From positions 1,012-65,011 of IMG/VR virus record IMGVR_UViG_2902405164_000001: DNA of 64,000 nucleotides; one strand, 5' to 3'. A program made the translations under genes and the position numbers. Below, in pieces: positions 61,677 to 64,000 of the stretch. Every line of letters begins with the position of its first letter. Positions within the stretch are counted from its first letter, which is position 1. A model generated the notes under the pieces. The model did not search any database, was not told where the DNA came from, and saw only the letters and a list, made by a program, of their open reading frames with translations. This DNA is from a virus.

Positions 61677-61907
61677 TTAGGCACCCTTCTCGGAGCGGCA
61701 CAGGAACCACACGCCAGCGACGTAGCCGGCGATGAGGGCTCCGATGGCTGCCGCACAGAAGCATCCGATCATGAAGCCGAGGATCGCGTCGGCCACCGCC
61801 ATCCGCCCGTTGCTCGGCGAGAAGATTGAGGCCAGCAGCACGCCGCCCATCGGGATCACCGTCATCGCGTAGAGGACGATCAGCTTCATCGGGTTGAATT
61901 GGGTCAT
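61677..61907 (-). CDS. Small two-helix membrane protein
   Basis: AGGAGAGAAG upstream; hydrophobic. Confidence 0.7.
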   Translation of the reverse strand: MTQFNPMKLIVLYAMTVIPMGGVLLASIFSPSNGRMAVADAILGFMIGCFCAAAIGALIAGYVAGVWFLCRSEKGA

Positions 61908-61948
61908 CGGGTCTTCTCTCCTTCGATCTGGTGAGAGAGGGAAAGGGG

Positions 61949-62194
61949 TTAGGCTCGGCCCGGCTTGTGACCGGCCTTCTCGGCGTCCAGTTCGGCCCGC
62001 ATATGCGCGAGCCCCTTCGTCGTGATCCGAGCCTGCATGGCTTCCTGAAGTCGGCCATCAGGAAAGCGGATGAGGACCGGCAATTCGACCATCAGTCCGG
62101 CCGCGATCACGTGCGGCTGGACGCGGTAATTGTAGTCGTTGCCTTCCGCGTCCTCGCCCCGGTCGTTCACATCCACAATGAACGCCGACATCAT
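61949..62194 (-). CDS. Small protein resembling the antirepressor C-terminal (KilAC-like) domain
   Basis: QARITTKGL versus QTYVTPKGL in upstream gene. Confidence 0.55.
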   Translation of the reverse strand: MMSAFIVDVNDRGEDAEGNDYNYRVQPHVIAAGLMVELPVLIRFPDGRLQEAMQARITTKGLAHMRAELDAEKAGHKPGRA

Positions 62195-63039
62195 GCCTCC
62201 TCCAGGCCGGGGATGCTCTTGCCGAGCTTCTTGGCGAGGTATTGAAGGCCCTTCGGCGTCACGTAGGTCTGATAGCGGGCCTTGTCGTCAACGACGGTCG
62301 CCTTGACCTCAAATATCCCCATCGTGCGGTACTGCGCGCGGGGGACGAGCGAACCGCCCTGGTAGAAGAGAAACTGCTGCTTCAGCCACCCGACGAACTT
62401 GTTGGGAGGCTCGATCAGGATCCGGCCGGCGTTCTGAAGCCCGAACAGGCCGTCCGCGTTCATGAAGCGGTCGAAGAAACCGGTCTTGGGCTTGTCAGCC
62501 TCGATCTTGGCCTCTGCGACTGCGGCGCGGCCTTGCAGTTCCTTGTTCACCTCAATGAGCTGAAGGGCGATGGCTGCAAGCTGGCCCGGATCGCGAACAT
62601 CAACCGGCTTCGCCGCCGCGCCCTCAAGATCAATCCAGCGGTCAATAATCTTCTTCCGAAGCACCACGTCGTAGCCCGTCACGAGCGTGATGGTGTGCTC
62701 CTTGTCGAGCCTGAACAGGGTGATGTAGCCCCGAGCATCGCGCTCCCAGCTAACCCCCTGAAAGGATTGCGATGCCTGAGCATGGCTCACTTCTGAGCCA
62801 TCGCCCAGCAGGCCGACGATGATGGCTTTTGCGTTCTCGCCGCAGAACTCTCGGTGACGCTGACGCCGGGTTTCAGGAGCCACTTGGTCAAGCCGGTCCT
62901 GTCCGTACAAACCGCCGAGCATCCCGCGGATGTCTCGAATGACGTTCTTGTGCTCCTTGCCGGTCAGTTCCGCGATTTCGCGGCTCGACATCGTGAGCGG
63001 CATCGCGCCGGGCGTGGGCAGTGTGCTATCGTTGCTCAT
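62191..63039 (-). CDS. Antirepressor (Rha N-terminus, KilAC C-terminus)
   Basis: MSSREIAELTGKEHKNVIRDI; KKIIDRWIDLE; PKTGFFDRF...VTPKGLQYL. Confidence 0.9.
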   Translation of the reverse strand: MSNDSTLPTPGAMPLTMSSREIAELTGKEHKNVIRDIRGMLGGLYGQDRLDQVAPETRRQRHREFCGENAKAIIVGLLGDGSEVSHAQASQSFQGVSWERDARGYITLFRLDKEHTITLVTGYDVVLRKKIIDRWIDLEGAAAKPVDVRDPGQLAAIALQLIEVNKELQGRAAVAEAKIEADKPKTGFFDRFMNADGLFGLQNAGRILIEPPNKFVGWLKQQFLFYQGGSLVPRAQYRTMGIFEVKATVVDDKARYQTYVTPKGLQYLAKKLGKSIPGLEEA

Positions 63040-63048
63040 CTGCGGCTC

Positions 63049-63273
63049 CTAGCCGTGGGTGACGGGATCGCCCTTGCGGGCGGCTTCGTGCGCGGCGGCG
63101 GGGGCTTGGTCGCCAAACTGCACCCCCGTCGTCGCTAGGGTCCTCTCCATCCGCTCTCGGACCGCTCGGACAATCTCTGCATTCTGACTGTTGCCGTATC
63201 GCTCAGCCTGACCGGCGACGAACGCCTTCAGGTCGGCCGGCAAGCGGATCTTCATCTGCTCGCCTTGACGCAT
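63049..63273 (-). CDS. Arc-family ribbon-helix-helix regulator
   Basis: QMKIRLPADLK...SQNAEIVRAVRE; AGGAGG upstream of ATG 63273. Confidence 0.9.
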   Translation of the reverse strand: MRQGEQMKIRLPADLKAFVAGQAERYGNSQNAEIVRAVRERMERTLATTGVQFGDQAPAAAHEAARKGDPVTHG

Positions 63274-63286
63274 GCTGCCTCCTCTG

Positions 63287-63342
63287 GAACCACGGTGGTA
63301 CCGAACCACGGTGGTCCCTTGAAGTCAACACCACCGTGGTTC
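63287..63342. promoter_or_regulatory. Three identical 13-bp operators between divergent Arc genes
   Basis: GAACCACGGTGGT at 63287-99 and 63303-15, inverted copy at 63330-42; back-to-back TTGAAG/TTGACT between copies 2 and 3. Confidence 0.9.
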
Positions 63343-63352
63343 ATCAAGCGGC

Positions 63353-63673
63353 ATGAGCCGCGACGATCCCCAAATGAAGCTTCGCCTTCCCGAGGCGCTT
63401 CGTGACCGCATCCGAGATGCAGCCGATGAGAACGGCCGGTCTCTGAATGCCGAGATCGTGAATACGCTATCCCGGGCCTACCCCCGCGAAGGCGGCGCTA
63501 TAGATTTTGCCAGAGACCTATTCGGCATTTATATGTTTCATGCTAAGCAAATGGGCCAGACCGATAGCGACCTGATCGAAGAGCTGTTTGAAGGTCTCTT
63601 CAACGAAATTAGGCAACTAGAAGAAATCAAAGATAACTACAACAAATTGACCAACGCGCCGGATCCTACCTGA
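63353..63673 (+). CDS. Arc/Mnt-family repressor with extra C-terminal helices
   Basis: DPQMKLRLPEALRDRIRDAADENGRSLNAEIV. Confidence 0.9.
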   Translation: MSRDDPQMKLRLPEALRDRIRDAADENGRSLNAEIVNTLSRAYPREGGAIDFARDLFGIYMFHAKQMGQTDSDLIEELFEGLFNEIRQLEEIKDNYNKLTNAPDPT

Positions 63674-63817
63674 CGCCCGAACCTCCACCCCTCGGAAGCC
63701 CCTAGGGACGAGAACCAAAGCGCTTCCAAGCCAAGTCGCTTAGTTTCGCTCCTTCCCAGAGATCCAGGTGGGGAGGGAGATTAGGCCTCAGGCTCCGTGA
63801 CGACCTTCAGCCAGGGC

Positions 63818-64000
63818 CTATCGACCGGCGAGGCGCTGAGCGCGTAGCGCCGCCTCAAGGTCAGGTCCCAGACTGGCATCCCAGACGAAGTCGATCCCGA
63901 TCAGCCGGCGAGGCTTGCCGTTTCGCCATGCCTGCCGCTGGTAGGGCACGAGCGTGAAGCGCTGTGGTGTCGGCTTCATGATGGCATAGGCCAGCTTGTC
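63818..64000 (-). CDS. C-terminal part of an ORF entering from the right edge
   Basis: DKLAYAIMKPTPQRFTLVPYQRQAWRNGKPRRLIGIDFVWDASLGPDLEAALRAQRLAGR*; an overlapping 32-aa ORF (63781-63879) is an alternative. Confidence 0.45.
   Translation of the reverse strand, partial: DKLAYAIMKPTPQRFTLVPYQRQAWRNGKPRRLIGIDFVWDASLGPDLEAALRAQRLAGR

Larger units (their letters stand above)
1..64000. mobile_element. Temperate prophage (contractile-tailed, DUF3383-sheath type); both boundaries probably outside the window
   Basis: Lambdoid order int/xis - early left - cI/cro - replication - terminase - head - tail - lysis; no host housekeeping gene seen. Confidence 0.95.

Noticed and set aside
482-62796. Numerous long antisense or alternate-frame ORFs in the track (e.g. 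23805-24596, 29657-30586, 15006-15839)
   Set aside because: Shadow ORFs expected in high-GC DNA opposite well-supported genes
1-64000. CRISPR array, diversity-generating retroelement, retron or invertible fibre cassette
   Set aside because: No regularly spaced repeat-spacer array, reverse transcriptase motifs, TR/VR pair or invertase seen by eye

Overview
The whole 64 kb window is a temperate myovirus-type prophage from a GC-rich alphaproteobacterium. The host is probably Methylobacteriaceae; this is an inference from GapR/GcrA-like genes, a TIGR02594-type endolysin and codon style. The left end holds the start of an integrase gene that the ORF track missed (it runs off the edge), an excisionase and a leftward early operon (HD nucleotidase, MazG, HNH nucleases, a putative recombination protein). 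A cI/cro switch with AACG-N3-CGTT operators follows. The rightward early region carries GapR-, GcrA-, DnaA-IV- and LexA-like genes, a BRO antirepressor, a methyltransferase, an initiator with an iteron origin and a NusG paralog. Packaging, head, contractile tail, baseplate, fibre and lysis modules come next. After lysis there is a second leftward accessory operon under a separate Arc/Arc switch with a Rha-KilAC antirepressor. The most notable features are: a portal fused to a zincin metallopeptidase domain; a fibre repeat split across consecutive mini-genes; a relocated muramidase-bearing tape measure gene faced by two antisense secreted proteins; a harpin-like protein after the spike; a secreted HNH in the lysis cassette; a set of cell-cycle-regulator look-alikes; and a structured non-coding region near 58 kb. 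Family assignments come from motif recognition by eye; no searches were run.
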